Below, in pieces: positions 12,686 through 20,529 of a stretch of 25,676 bases of DNA. The notes beneath the pieces are model-generated. The model did no database searches. It was not told the origin of the DNA and saw only the letters and a program-made list of their open reading frames with translations. The position numbers and the translations under genes are program-made. Origin of the DNA: a virus (lineage: Duplodnaviria > Heunggongvirae > Uroviricota > Caudoviricetes); IMG/VR virus record IMGVR_UViG_2698536687_000007; one strand, given 5' to 3'. Each line of letters starts with the position of its first letter. Position 1 is the stretch's first letter.

Positions 12686-12924
12686 CAGAGTTCATCCAGC
12701 GTCACACGTACTGGCTTAGGATTACGAAGCCGTTCTTTCACTATCTCCACAAGTTCAGCATCTTCATCACTCAGGAGTGTCTGTTTGAACGGCAAGCGTT
12801 CATTGTCAGCGATATACTCGAGCATGAGACGAAGCGCTTCAGAAGGAGTTACACCCATTTTTTCAAGCGCGGCGTAAGAACGCGCTTTAAGTTCATCGTC
12901 AATACGCAGGTTAATGCTACCCAT
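12685..12924 (-). CDS. relB: RelB antitoxin (79 aa)
   Basis: MGSINLRIDDELKARSYAALEKMGVTPSEALRLMLEYIADNERLPFKQTLLSDEDAELVEIVKERLRNPKPVRVTLDEL; stop overlaps relE start (ATGA). Confidence 0.9.
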   Translation of the reverse strand: MGSINLRIDDELKARSYAALEKMGVTPSEALRLMLEYIADNERLPFKQTLLSDEDAELVEIVKERLRNPKPVRVTLDEL

Positions 12925-12935
12925 GTCTTACACCT

Positions 12936-12962
12936 CTTGTAATTACAAATGTCATTACAAGT
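12936..12962. promoter_or_regulatory. Candidate relBE operator/promoter region with repeated TTGTAAT/ATTACAA half-sites
   Basis: CTTGTAATTACAAATGTCATTACAAGT immediately 5' of relB on the minus strand; repeated TTGTAAT-type hexamers in inverted orientation. Confidence 0.45.
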
Positions 12963-13254
12963 ATCGCACTACAACATGCTTAGGGCAAGTCACGAAGGAA
13001 GTCAGAAAGTAGTCGTAAGAACGGTGATCACTGTCCGCTTTGTGCCAGGAGCAGCCATTGCTAAGTCCATCCTGTATTGTGCAGGTCAGCTCGTTTTTAA
13101 AGAGTCCGGCCATCATCTTACTGGTACAGACACCATATACTTTGTGACGGTCAGGCTACATATGCACAACTCAACTTATTCATCTATTTTTTGCTTTAGC
13201 ATGTCAGTGTTGCTTTCTCGTCGGCGGGTGAGCGGTGACCTGACCTGTCGATAA
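12949..13254 (+). CDS. Hypothetical protein (101 aa), YdfV-like by position and length; coding status uncertain
   Basis: ORF 12949..13254 between relB and flxA; starts inside the relB promoter region; no recognisable domain. Confidence 0.3.
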   Translation: MSLQVSHYNMLRASHEGSQKVVVRTVITVRFVPGAAIAKSILYCAGQLVFKESGHHLTGTDTIYFVTVRLHMHNSTYSSIFCFSMSVLLSRRRVSGDLTCR

Positions 13255-13406
13255 AGGAACGTAACACGTTTTATGCAACACCCGCATGCGGCAGAAAATT
13301 ATTGCCGAACGTTTACCCCTGTCAACAAGCTTTACTTTCTGAGGCGCGCCAGCCCGCGAGGAAAACAATCTGAACATCAAACAATTAATGACACAAGAAA
13401 TACGAT

Positions 13407-13433
13407 TAAAGATTTTTTTGTGCATGCCGATAG
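13407..13433 (+). promoter_or_regulatory. Sigma28 (FliA)-type promoter upstream of flxA
   Basis: TAAAGATT (13407-13414), 11-nt spacer, GCCGATAG (13426-13433), against the consensus TAAAGTTT-N11-GCCGATAA; about 25 nt 5' of the flxA start codon. Confidence 0.5.
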
Positions 13434-13456
13434 TGCTTTTTTAAAAGGAGAAATCT

Positions 13457-13789
13457 ATGTCTGTCACAATTCAGGGAAATACCTCAACCGTTATTTCAAA
13501 CAACTCCGCCCCGGAAGGAACATCAGAAATAGCCAAAATCACAAGACAAATTCAGGTGCTGACTGAAAAGCTTGGGAAAATCTCATCGGAAGAGGGGATG
13601 ACGACACAGCAGAAAAAAGAAATGGCTGCATTGGTACAGAAGCAAATTGAAAGCCTCTGGGCTCAACTGGAGCAGTTGTTAAGGCAGCAGGCAGAGAAAA
13701 AGAATGAAGACGCGACAGTTCAGCCTGATAAAAAAGAAGAGAAAAAAGACGATACAAATACCGCTGGCACCATTGATATTTACGTCTAA
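13457..13789 (+). CDS. flxA: FlxA-like protein (110 aa)
   Basis: MSVTIQGNTSTVISNNSAPEGTSEIAKITRQIQVLTEKLGKISSEEGMTTQQKKEMAALVQKQIESLWAQLEQLL...; RBS AAGGAG upstream. Confidence 0.85.
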   Translation: MSVTIQGNTSTVISNNSAPEGTSEIAKITRQIQVLTEKLGKISSEEGMTTQQKKEMAALVQKQIESLWAQLEQLLRQQAEKKNEDATVQPDKKEEKKDDTNTAGTIDIYV

Positions 13790-13803
13790 GTGACAGCCGT
13801 ATT

Positions 13804-13828
13804 GTGGCCCTCATCGGGCCACTTTTCG
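13804..13828 (+). terminator. Rho-independent terminator 3' of flxA
   Basis: GTGGCCC-TCATC-GGGCCAC hairpin (13804-13822) followed by TTTTCG. Confidence 0.5.
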
Positions 13829-14179
13829 CCATCAGCCTTTTCTTTAAAGACATATTATCTTTGTATCATTTCTGATAGTTAACATTACAAGATATAAGTA
13901 ATGGACGCACTCCCAATTAGTCTATTTAAATCGCCACGAGTTTAACTGACAACCCATGATCAATTATGAATTGCAACTATTTCTGTAGTCACTTTTGTGG
14001 GGACAGTCCACAAAACTGCCAACTTCCGCTTCTTGCTCTTAGCGGACATTAGCATAGGCTATTTACCATAACGCCTCATTACGCGCACCGCCCAGACTGA
14101 CTCAGCGCGTTTCTGGCATATCCCCGGTAAAACAAGTAACAAACCACCCGAAAATGAACACCAGAAACGCGACTTAAGA

Positions 14180-15620
14180 ATCTACCCTATGAATGGATAT
14201 GCACTCAACCGAATCGATCTTGGTTTCAATCTTTTTTATCGGGATCAGGCTTCTTTTTAGGTAACTTCGGGGGCTTAACTTGCTGATGACTTTGCGTTCG
14301 GCGCGTAAGCCAGGGATGGTCAGCTTTAGGTTTAACATAGTATTTTGAGCGTAAATCAATACGGGCATTATCCACTCGTTCATGGACACTCTTTTCATCA
14401 TCCAGTGGTATAGGCTCCGGGCCATCAACATACTTTTCCCAGCCCAGCGCTTTCCCGTCATACAGAACGTTAATTTCACCGTCAAAGTTCTCGCATACAG
14501 TAACAACCGAATGCCTAAGTCGATATCCCCGGCCCTCACTGCGTACCTGAAACGCACTGCTTTTGTACTGGAAAGTGAGATTTTTAGACAGAACGCGCTT
14601 CGCCTGTAGGCTGAAGATATAACCCAGTTCCTCTTCAGAATGGTGCACATCAAGATGAGCATTATCAGTAGTACGAGGCGACGTAGCGAACCGGTTGTTA
14701 TAGGCTTCAATAAAGGTCGGCAACCATGCATTTGCTGTTTCAATATCACTGATATTCTGAAGCCGCATTTCTTTGACCAGCCTGTCCTGTAGTGTCTGAT
14801 TGGCGCGCTCTACCCGCCCTTTTGCCTGCGGGCTGTTGGCATGGATTGGCTCGATGCCCAGTGTCTTTATCGCACGAGTGAACTGGGTCAGCTCACCTTC
14901 CCGCTCTGGGTTATTTACCCTGAATATACTGTGTCTATCAGAGTAGAGAGCGAGCGGTACGCCATGATCATTAAGGTAACCCCGGAGGGTTTCCATGTAA
15001 GCCCGGGTTGTTTCAGCAGGCACAAAACGCAACGCCATCAACGCACTGGTGGCATCATCAATGAAAACGATCAGTGTACATCTGGGGCCTCGATTTTCAA
15101 ACCAGTCATGAGGTGAGCCATCAATCTGGATCAGTTCACCGTAAGATGGTCGTCGCATGCGGCGTTGATATATACGGGCAATTTTACGACGGCGTTCACG
15201 CCATAACCCCTCTTCTATCATCCACTTTCTGAGAGTTTCAACGGATAAAGATAAACCGTGTATCTCGCGCAATTTTTCGCACGCAAACGTAGGTCCAAAA
15301 TCAGCGTAACGGCCTTTGAGGAGTGAAATTACTGTTGCTCTGAATTCAGTAGAAAAGGAATTATTAGGACGCTTTCCACGTCGGTGGGAAACCAGACCAG
15401 AAGGCCCTTCATTTCTATACCGTTGCACCAGACGTTTAACCTGCCGAATAGAAATGCCAATGCGTGCCGCAGCTTGTTCCTGAATAATCTGAAGTCGGTG
15501 GAGTTCCTTATGACTCATCGTAACAGTCTCTTTGATCATGAAAAATCCCCCAGAGAATTGTCTGGGGACATTTTAGAATGGTTCAAAGGGGACATTACAG
15601 CTTGGTGTTAACAATAGCCT
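14180..15620 (-). mobile_element. Insertion sequence carrying a single DDE transposase; ends not resolved
   Basis: One 437-aa transposase ORF (14226..15539) with no neighbouring phage homologs; I could not identify clean terminal inverted repeats by eye, so the boundaries are approximate. Confidence 0.4.
14226..15539 (-). CDS. DDE-type transposase (HTH plus integrase-core rve-like domain; ISNCY/IS481-like), 437 aa
   Basis: N-terminal HTH-like region (IGISIRQVKRLVQRY) and a central region with spaced acidic residues (LIQIDGSPHDWF..., ALYSDRHSIF..., AKGRVERANQTLQ) typical of DDE/rve transposases; lysine-rich C-terminus. Confidence 0.7.
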   Translation of the reverse strand: MIKETVTMSHKELHRLQIIQEQAAARIGISIRQVKRLVQRYRNEGPSGLVSHRRGKRPNNSFSTEFRATVISLLKGRYADFGPTFACEKLREIHGLSLSVETLRKWMIEEGLWRERRRKIARIYQRRMRRPSYGELIQIDGSPHDWFENRGPRCTLIVFIDDATSALMALRFVPAETTRAYMETLRGYLNDHGVPLALYSDRHSIFRVNNPEREGELTQFTRAIKTLGIEPIHANSPQAKGRVERANQTLQDRLVKEMRLQNISDIETANAWLPTFIEAYNNRFATSPRTTDNAHLDVHHSEEELGYIFSLQAKRVLSKNLTFQYKSSAFQVRSEGRGYRLRHSVVTVCENFDGEINVLYDGKALGWEKYVDGPEPIPLDDEKSVHERVDNARIDLRSKYYVKPKADHPWLTRRTQSHQQVKPPKLPKKKPDPDKKD

Positions 15621-15873
15621 GCTTCTCCGTGCCTTTCGGCACGTAAGAGGCTAACCTACATGTGTCTAGCATGAAATTGGCCTCAGATTAATGTTAAGCG
15701 TCTTGCAGGACGCGTAATGTTAACTGGGGCTTTTCTCTATCTGCCGTTGGTGTCCATGCCCGAGGCAGATAGCCTCAAGCACCCGCAGTCATTCTACTTA
15801 ACTAAGATTTCCCCGCAAACCGTTTTTGTCCAGCACAGTAAATATCCAACTAAACCAATGGAGTTCGCTGTAT

Positions 15874-16092
15874 TTACCGCCAGTATTCAATGCACATGAC
15901 CGCCATGAACACCCCTAAAAAAAGGGCATTTATATATCCAAATATTAATATCAAAACATCAACTTTTTCCATATACCTTGCTGTGAAGATGATGGGCATA
16001 CATGATGCGAACAACCAGAACGCAACAAACAAAAACTGCAATGCGTTTTTCATTATTCCTCCTACAATCAATGTGCAATTACATTTAAACAC
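15874..16092 (-). CDS. Hypothetical small membrane protein (two predicted TM helices)
   Basis: ORF 15874..16092; ...MKNALQFLFVAFWLFASCMPIIFTARYMEKVDVLILIFGYINALFLGVFMAVMCIEYWR; strongly hydrophobic; start uncertain. Confidence 0.3.
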   Translation of the reverse strand: MFKCNCTLIVGGIMKNALQFLFVAFWLFASCMPIIFTARYMEKVDVLILIFGYINALFLGVFMAVMCIEYWR

Positions 16093-17205
16093 ACCTCAAT
16101 TTGGCCGGACATATAAATATCTAAACCAGAAAAAATCACTTACATAGCGTTACAAACTCTTTAGTCTAAAGGTTCATCGTAAAACATTCCCCATACTTAT
16201 CAGTCCGTTCCGCGCCAGGTAGCTCATTGCCTTATCTGGCAACCTGTAATCAGGTTTCCGCTTTTTCAGTTGGCTGGTCGTTTAACCGACATAGTTAATC
16301 CATTAATCTAGTTGCCGGATGTTGGTGGATTTTCGCGTTTTAGTTGTTCATAAAAGTGCACAGCTTTAACCAGTTCTTCTGATGTAACTGGGACTGGTGA
16401 GGCAGTGAATAAGGCCTGAATTTGATAGTTCGGCCTGTCGTTACAATCCTCTTTTTTCGGTACATATTTCCAGTCACCAGACCACTACTTCCCCTGAAAG
16501 TCCGTAACGCCTTTTTTCACGTAGCGATATCGCCATGCCACTGGTTTTGCTTGCCCCGCCGTTTCATGCCCTTCCTGATAATTAATCTCGCTCATTCATC
16601 GCCCCACTCATCACAATATGCTTCGACCGGAGTTTTTCCCGCTTCATAGTCATCACGCTAGGATTCGACATCAGCAGCACTTCCACCGCGTAACTCACCA
16701 TAGTCCATTAATAGTTCATCCCGCTCTTCAAAACTGATGTTATATTTAGCTGAACAAAAATCAGCCACTTTGTTCTTCCTCATCGTCTTTTATTTCGTGG
16801 TATGAGTAATTGCAGTAGTTAAAGAAAATTTCTTATGCTCCGTCATGAATTTCCTCAGGTGTTGCGTCATCGTCCACTTCGAATACATCCTCAAAATCTC
16901 CACCAGCTATTCCCGTTTCAATAATAATTTTGAACTTTCGCATTTCACTACCGCCCTTTCGGGCGGCCTCCTGATGTTCTGAGGGTGCAGAAATCCATCC
17001 GGTTAAGGATTAAATTTTATTTACAGAACTGAATTTAATTATTCAGATATACGTATCTGTAGCCTTACGAATCTACTCACTGGATGCCTCTTTCATAAAA
17101 ATAATCCAGTGGGTTTTATCGTTTTTTCCCTGTTCGTTGACAGATAACAGGTTTTCTGTCTGTCAGTGCCAGAATCTGGCTTACCGGTATTTGCGTTTCA
17201 TTCCA

Positions 17206-17562
17206 TTAAAAAATCAGAACGCCGTGCGGCCTCAACACCCGAAAGGCTTCTTTAAATCTCTGTCGCGAATCATCACGCCAGGCATCTTTATTCAGCCGTC
17301 CATATTTCTTTCCCATCCAGGCGTTATCACCAACACTCTCAAGATGCGGAGGGTCTAATACAACCATCGAAAAAGATGCGTCTGCAAATGATAATGCACG
17401 AAAATCTGCGATAATGTCAGGGCTGATAATCAAGCGTCTCCCATTGCGTAATGTGTATCCTTCTTTTCTGATATCGCTGAATATCGCCCGTTCGTCAGAC
17501 TTATCGAACCAGAACATGCGGCTGCCACAGCACATATCAAGAATGGTTGCCGGTGCACTCAC
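17206..17562 (-). CDS. SAM-dependent methyltransferase-like protein, probably C-terminally truncated (118 aa)
   Basis: Motif-I-like LDMCCGSR and a DPPH motif (VVLDPPHL) resembling the DPPY/F motif IV of amino-methyltransferases; short for a methyltransferase and followed by ~1 kb without long ORFs. Confidence 0.4.
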   Translation of the reverse strand: MSAPATILDMCCGSRMFWFDKSDERAIFSDIRKEGYTLRNGRRLIISPDIIADFRALSFADASFSMVVLDPPHLESVGDNAWMGKKYGRLNKDAWRDDSRQRFKEAFRVLRPHGVLIF

Positions 17563-17981
17563 TGCGCCACGTCCTGAAAATTACCCTGATAGAAAGCCAG
17601 TATGCGCTGCATAACTTCGCTCTTCCGGCACTCGCGACAGATTATGTTTAGGCGACTGTCGTAGCGACGTATTTCTCCGTCAGGTGATGACCAGATAAGG
17701 TCCGGATCAACCACAGCAGGTTTCTTCACCTTTGCCCTCGAGAGTTTTTTGCGGGCGTTTTGCCAGTCCTTACGCGCCTGTTCAGAGGGGAATAACCCGT
17801 AGCCGGAGTTGTATACATCGCCACTGGCTACCAGCTCTCTGGCAAGAACGCTCATCAGATATCTAGTCGCACCTGTTTTAGCTTCCAGTTGCCGTAACGT
17901 CTCACGGCCGCTCTGGCGCACGAGTTCCACCACCTGCCATTTAATTTTTTCCCGCTCTTCTTGTGTAAAAACTTTTGCCAC
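17559..17981 (-). CDS. Hypothetical prophage protein (140 aa), translationally coupled to the methyltransferase-like ORF
   Basis: Minus ORF; ATGA overlap with downstream ORF at 17559-17562; basic, with a CRECRK motif; no family assignment. Confidence 0.4.
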   Translation of the reverse strand: MAKVFTQEEREKIKWQVVELVRQSGRETLRQLEAKTGATRYLMSVLARELVASGDVYNSGYGLFPSEQARKDWQNARKKLSRAKVKKPAVVDPDLIWSSPDGEIRRYDSRLNIICRECRKSEVMQRILAFYQGNFQDVAQ

Positions 17982-18021
17982 AAGTCCCCCTTAAAATTAC
18001 CTCATGACCTGAAATCAACAC

Positions 18022-19041
18022 TTATCCTCTGAAACCAGGCGGAATTTCTGTATCCGGTTCAGAAATATGATTAACACAACGCTGTACAGGTGAACGTCCC
18101 AGGCGGATGACCAGTTCGTCCCATTTTTCGCGGAGCTTTGACGGGCTCATGATGTTTTTTACCCAGAATGGATCTCGCTGAACCCGACCAAACATTTCGC
18201 AAATTTGTCTGTGGCTTCTGCCATCCAGCATCCGCATTGTGCGCACGTCATTGGCCCAGGCAGTCCAGTTAGGCTCTTTTGGTCGCATGATCTCGCCATC
18301 ATCACTGGCTGCCTGTTCGTAGAGACCCACGATCCGCCCCCAGATCCACTGCGCACACGCCAAATCCTCCCTGCTACCCCACTGGCGTTTTTTCGCACTA
18401 AACACAACCGCGTCGGAGTTCCGGGTTAAAAAATCCTGTTCAGTCGTCTGCGGGTCCGGTTGCGAAGCTTCCGGACGAAAAGTGTTTTTATTCTCTGTAG
18501 TAATCTCTGTTGTATTCTCTGTAAGATCATCAGGCCATTTTGACCCGATGACATTGGGTCGTTTTGAACCAATGGAGCGTTTCATTTTGACCTCTTCCAT
18601 CGTGTCATTTTGACCTGATGGAGCGGCGCATTTTGAACCGATGGATTCGCTCAATTTGCCACCATCTAAAAGCTCGCTCCCATAGTTGATCGTGTAGAAA
18701 TTGGTCATATCGCGCTTTGATTTATTGAGCTTTTCACAACGCAAAAGCCCCAGCGTTTTCAGACTTGCAAACGCGCGCTTTAACGTTGACTCTGACCAGA
18801 ATGGGAACTGTTCCAGCCATTGTTCCGTTGTGTTATAAATCCAGCGAACACCATCACATTCCATGCCGGAGTTGGTATCTCTCAACCAGTAGTGCAGTTG
18901 TTGCAAAACAATGGCTTCGTTTAAGCCAATTTTCATTGCCAGCTGCGTGTTTATAACCAGTGGGCGTTCAGCAAAAAGAAGGCTCATAATTCCATCCAGC
19001 TTTTTGTTGGTATTGCTGTCGATACGCAAGTTTGAAAGCAA
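18022..19041 (-). CDS. Phage replication initiator / replisome organizer (lambda O-like role), 339 aa
   Basis: Position downstream of the cro-like dicC; contains the internal iteron array at 18536-18672, encoding repeated SIGSK peptide motifs; start may be the internal Met at 18987. Confidence 0.65.
   Translation of the reverse strand: MLSNLRIDSNTNKKLDGIMSLLFAERPLVINTQLAMKIGLNEAIVLQQLHYWLRDTNSGMECDGVRWIYNTTEQWLEQFPFWSESTLKRAFASLKTLGLLRCEKLNKSKRDMTNFYTINYGSELLDGGKLSESIGSKCAAPSGQNDTMEEVKMKRSIGSKRPNVIGSKWPDDLTENTTEITTENKNTFRPEASQPDPQTTEQDFLTRNSDAVVFSAKKRQWGSREDLACAQWIWGRIVGLYEQAASDDGEIMRPKEPNWTAWANDVRTMRMLDGRSHRQICEMFGRVQRDPFWVKNIMSPSKLREKWDELVIRLGRSPVQRCVNHISEPDTEIPPGFRG
18536..18672. repeat. 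Iteron array (5-6 direct repeats, ~23-bp period, consensus ~CATTTTGA(A/C)C(N)GATGGAG), candidate replication origin inside the initiator gene
   Basis: Repeat starts at ~18536, 18560, 18583, 18606, 18629, 18652; flanked at 18491-18523 by three copies of (T/A)TCTCTGT(A/T) at 12-bp spacing. Confidence 0.6.
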
Positions 19042-19150
19042 TTGCTTTTTCTATAAGTTCGTCAGTTTCACGATCCACTACGGCAGGATCAGCAAAAAGC
19101 AGTCCGGACTCCACCACATCGCCATATTCTTTGTTTAACCCGGCGATCAT
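18968..19150 (-). CDS. Hypothetical small protein (about 60 aa) between the cro-like gene and the replication gene
   Basis: ORF 18968..19189; internal ATG at 19150 forms an ATGA overlap with the dicC stop; overlaps the annotated start of the replication ORF, so one of the starts is mis-assigned. Confidence 0.25.
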   Translation of the reverse strand: MIAGLNKEYGDVVESGLLFADPAVVDRETDELIEKAIAFKLAYRQQYQQKAGWNYEPSFC

Positions 19151-19338
19151 GCACGTGATGCTTTTTCCGTCAGTAATTTCACGATACAACCTGAAATCAT
19201 TAATCCGGATAGACGCATCGCGCGACCTTCGGGAACTAAATCCCCTTTCCAGCTATAAAGCGAAGCCAAACGAATACCTGCTGCTTGTGCAAGTTTTGTT
19301 TTTGAACCGAAATACAAAAGAGCGTCAGTTTTAAGCAT
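19147..19338 (-). CDS. dicC: Cro-like small HTH regulator, DicC/YdaS-like
   Basis: MLKTDALLYFGSKTKLAQAAGIRLASLYSWKGDLVPEGRAMRL...; divergent from dicA across an operator-containing intergenic region. Confidence 0.7.
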   Translation of the reverse strand: MLKTDALLYFGSKTKLAQAAGIRLASLYSWKGDLVPEGRAMRLSGLMISGCIVKLLTEKASRA

Positions 19339-19353
19339 TTAAAACACCTTTAT

Positions 19354-19420
19354 TGTTAGTCATAACTAACAAGATAGATGTTAACAAAAACATAGTCAAT
19401 ACGATTTAGCATTAGCTAAC
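19354..19420. promoter_or_regulatory. Divergent dicC/dicA promoter-operator region with palindromic operator-like sites
   Basis: Perfect 18-bp palindrome TGTTAGTCATAACTAACA at 19354-19371 and a related TTAGCATTAGCTAA element at 19406-19419. Confidence 0.55.
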
Positions 19421-19421
19421 T

Positions 19422-19829
19422 ATGGAAACAAAAAATTTAACTATCGGCGAACGCATCAGGTATCGTCGGAAAAACCTCAAACACACCCAAAGGTCTCTTG
19501 CTAAAGCCCTGAAAATCTCCCATGTGTCTGTATCACAATGGGAACGGGGTGATAGTGAACCTACAGGGAAGAACCTTTTTGCCCTCAGCAAAGTATTGCA
19601 ATGCTCACCAACATGGATTCTATTTGGCGATGAAGACAAGCAACCAACACCACCTGTTGAGAAGCCAGTTGCCTTATCCCCCAAAGAACTAGAGCTCCTT
19701 GAGCTGTTTAATGCACTGCCAGAATCAGAACAGGATACCCAGCTCGCCGAAATGCGAGCTCGAGTAAAAAACTTCAATAAACTCTTTGAAGAATTACTAA
19801 AAGCCCGTCAGCGGACAAATAAAAGATAA
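19422..19829 (+). CDS. dicA: HTH (XRE-family) repressor DicA (135 aa)
   Basis: METKNLTIGERIRYRRKNLKHTQRSLAKALKISHVSVSQWERGDSEPTGKNLFALSKVLQCSPTWILFGDEDK...; recognised as DicA from memory. Confidence 0.9.
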   Translation: METKNLTIGERIRYRRKNLKHTQRSLAKALKISHVSVSQWERGDSEPTGKNLFALSKVLQCSPTWILFGDEDKQPTPPVEKPVALSPKELELLELFNALPESEQDTQLAEMRARVKNFNKLFEELLKARQRTNKR

Positions 19830-19995
19830 CATCATCAATGAGTTATCTTTTACCACATCAATTATGTTAGCTATAGCATACAAAATCACTTGACCGATAT
19901 GTTAGTCATGGCTAATCTTGTTTGCATCAACACACCGCACGGTGTTCTCAGCAAACAGTTCCGCTACCCCAGCGTTAAGGGGAAATGAGGTCAGC

Positions 19996-20151
19996 ATGGA
20001 TACTATCGATCTTGGCAACAACGAATCTCTGGTGTACGGCGTGTTTCCAAACCAGGACGGCACGTTCACCGCAATGACGTATACCAAAAGCAAAACGTTT
20101 AAAACCGAAAATGGTGCCCGTCGCTGGCTGGAAAGAAACTCAGGTGAGTGA
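19996..20151 (+). CDS. ydfA: YdfA-like small protein (51 aa)
   Basis: Inside ORF 19918..20151; ATG at 19996 preceded by GAGG; MDTIDLGNNESLVYGVFPNQDGTFTAMTYTKSKTFKTENGARRWLERNSGE. Confidence 0.7.
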   Translation: MDTIDLGNNESLVYGVFPNQDGTFTAMTYTKSKTFKTENGARRWLERNSGE

Positions 20152-20152
20152 T

Positions 20153-20281
20153 ATGGATTTCGACACAATCATGGAAAAGGCTTACGAAGAATACTTCGAA
20201 GGCCTTGCCGAAGGCGAAGAAGCTCTCAGCTTCAGTGAGTTTAAACAGGCGCTTTCCAGTTCGGCAAAATCTAACGGCTGA
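20153..20281 (+). CDS. ydfB: YdfB-like small protein (42 aa)
   Basis: Not in the ORF track; read directly: MDFDTIMEKAYEEYFEGLAEGEEALSFSEFKQALSSSAKSNG-stop. Confidence 0.6.
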   Translation: MDFDTIMEKAYEEYFEGLAEGEEALSFSEFKQALSSSAKSNG

Positions 20282-20310
20282 TAAGCGAAACAGCACCGCG
20301 AGGAATCAGT

Positions 20311-20529
20311 ATGCAGAAACGAGAACCCGTCATCATCGCGCCAGACTATACCGATGATGAACTTTATGAGTGGATGCGCCAGAAAATTAATGCAGCGCAG
20401 GATCTGAAATGGGCTAATGAAGCCAGGGCTAAGCAGGCTGAAAATCTGTCCGCTCTGGAGCAGGATATCACCAATCTGGAAAAAGCAGCGGCATTAAGCA
20501 TTGCCAGAATGATTACATACCCGCGTTAG
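20311..20529 (+). CDS. ydfC: YdfC-like protein (72 aa)
   Basis: MQKREPVIIAPDYTDDELYEWMRQKINAAQDLKWANEARAKQAENLSALEQDITNLEKAAALSIARMITYPR. Confidence 0.8.
   Translation: MQKREPVIIAPDYTDDELYEWMRQKINAAQDLKWANEARAKQAENLSALEQDITNLEKAAALSIARMITYPR

Noticed and set aside
14174-15116. ORFs 14174..14749 (minus, other frame), 14382..14609 and 14841..15116 (plus) within the transposase gene
   Set aside because: Overlap the 437-aa transposase frame; no independent evidence.
14100-15720. Attempt to define IS terminal inverted repeats and target-site duplication
   Set aside because: Comparing the left flank with the reverse complement of the right flank by eye gave only weak, ambiguous similarity (e.g. 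TTTGTGGGGA vs TTTGCGGGGA), so I give no IS ends or family name; needs ISfinder alignment.
18536-18672. Regularly spaced direct repeats that could be taken for a short CRISPR array
   Set aside because: Repeats are degenerate, ~23-bp period with no distinct spacers, lie inside a protein-coding replication gene, and there are no cas genes; iterons are the better explanation.
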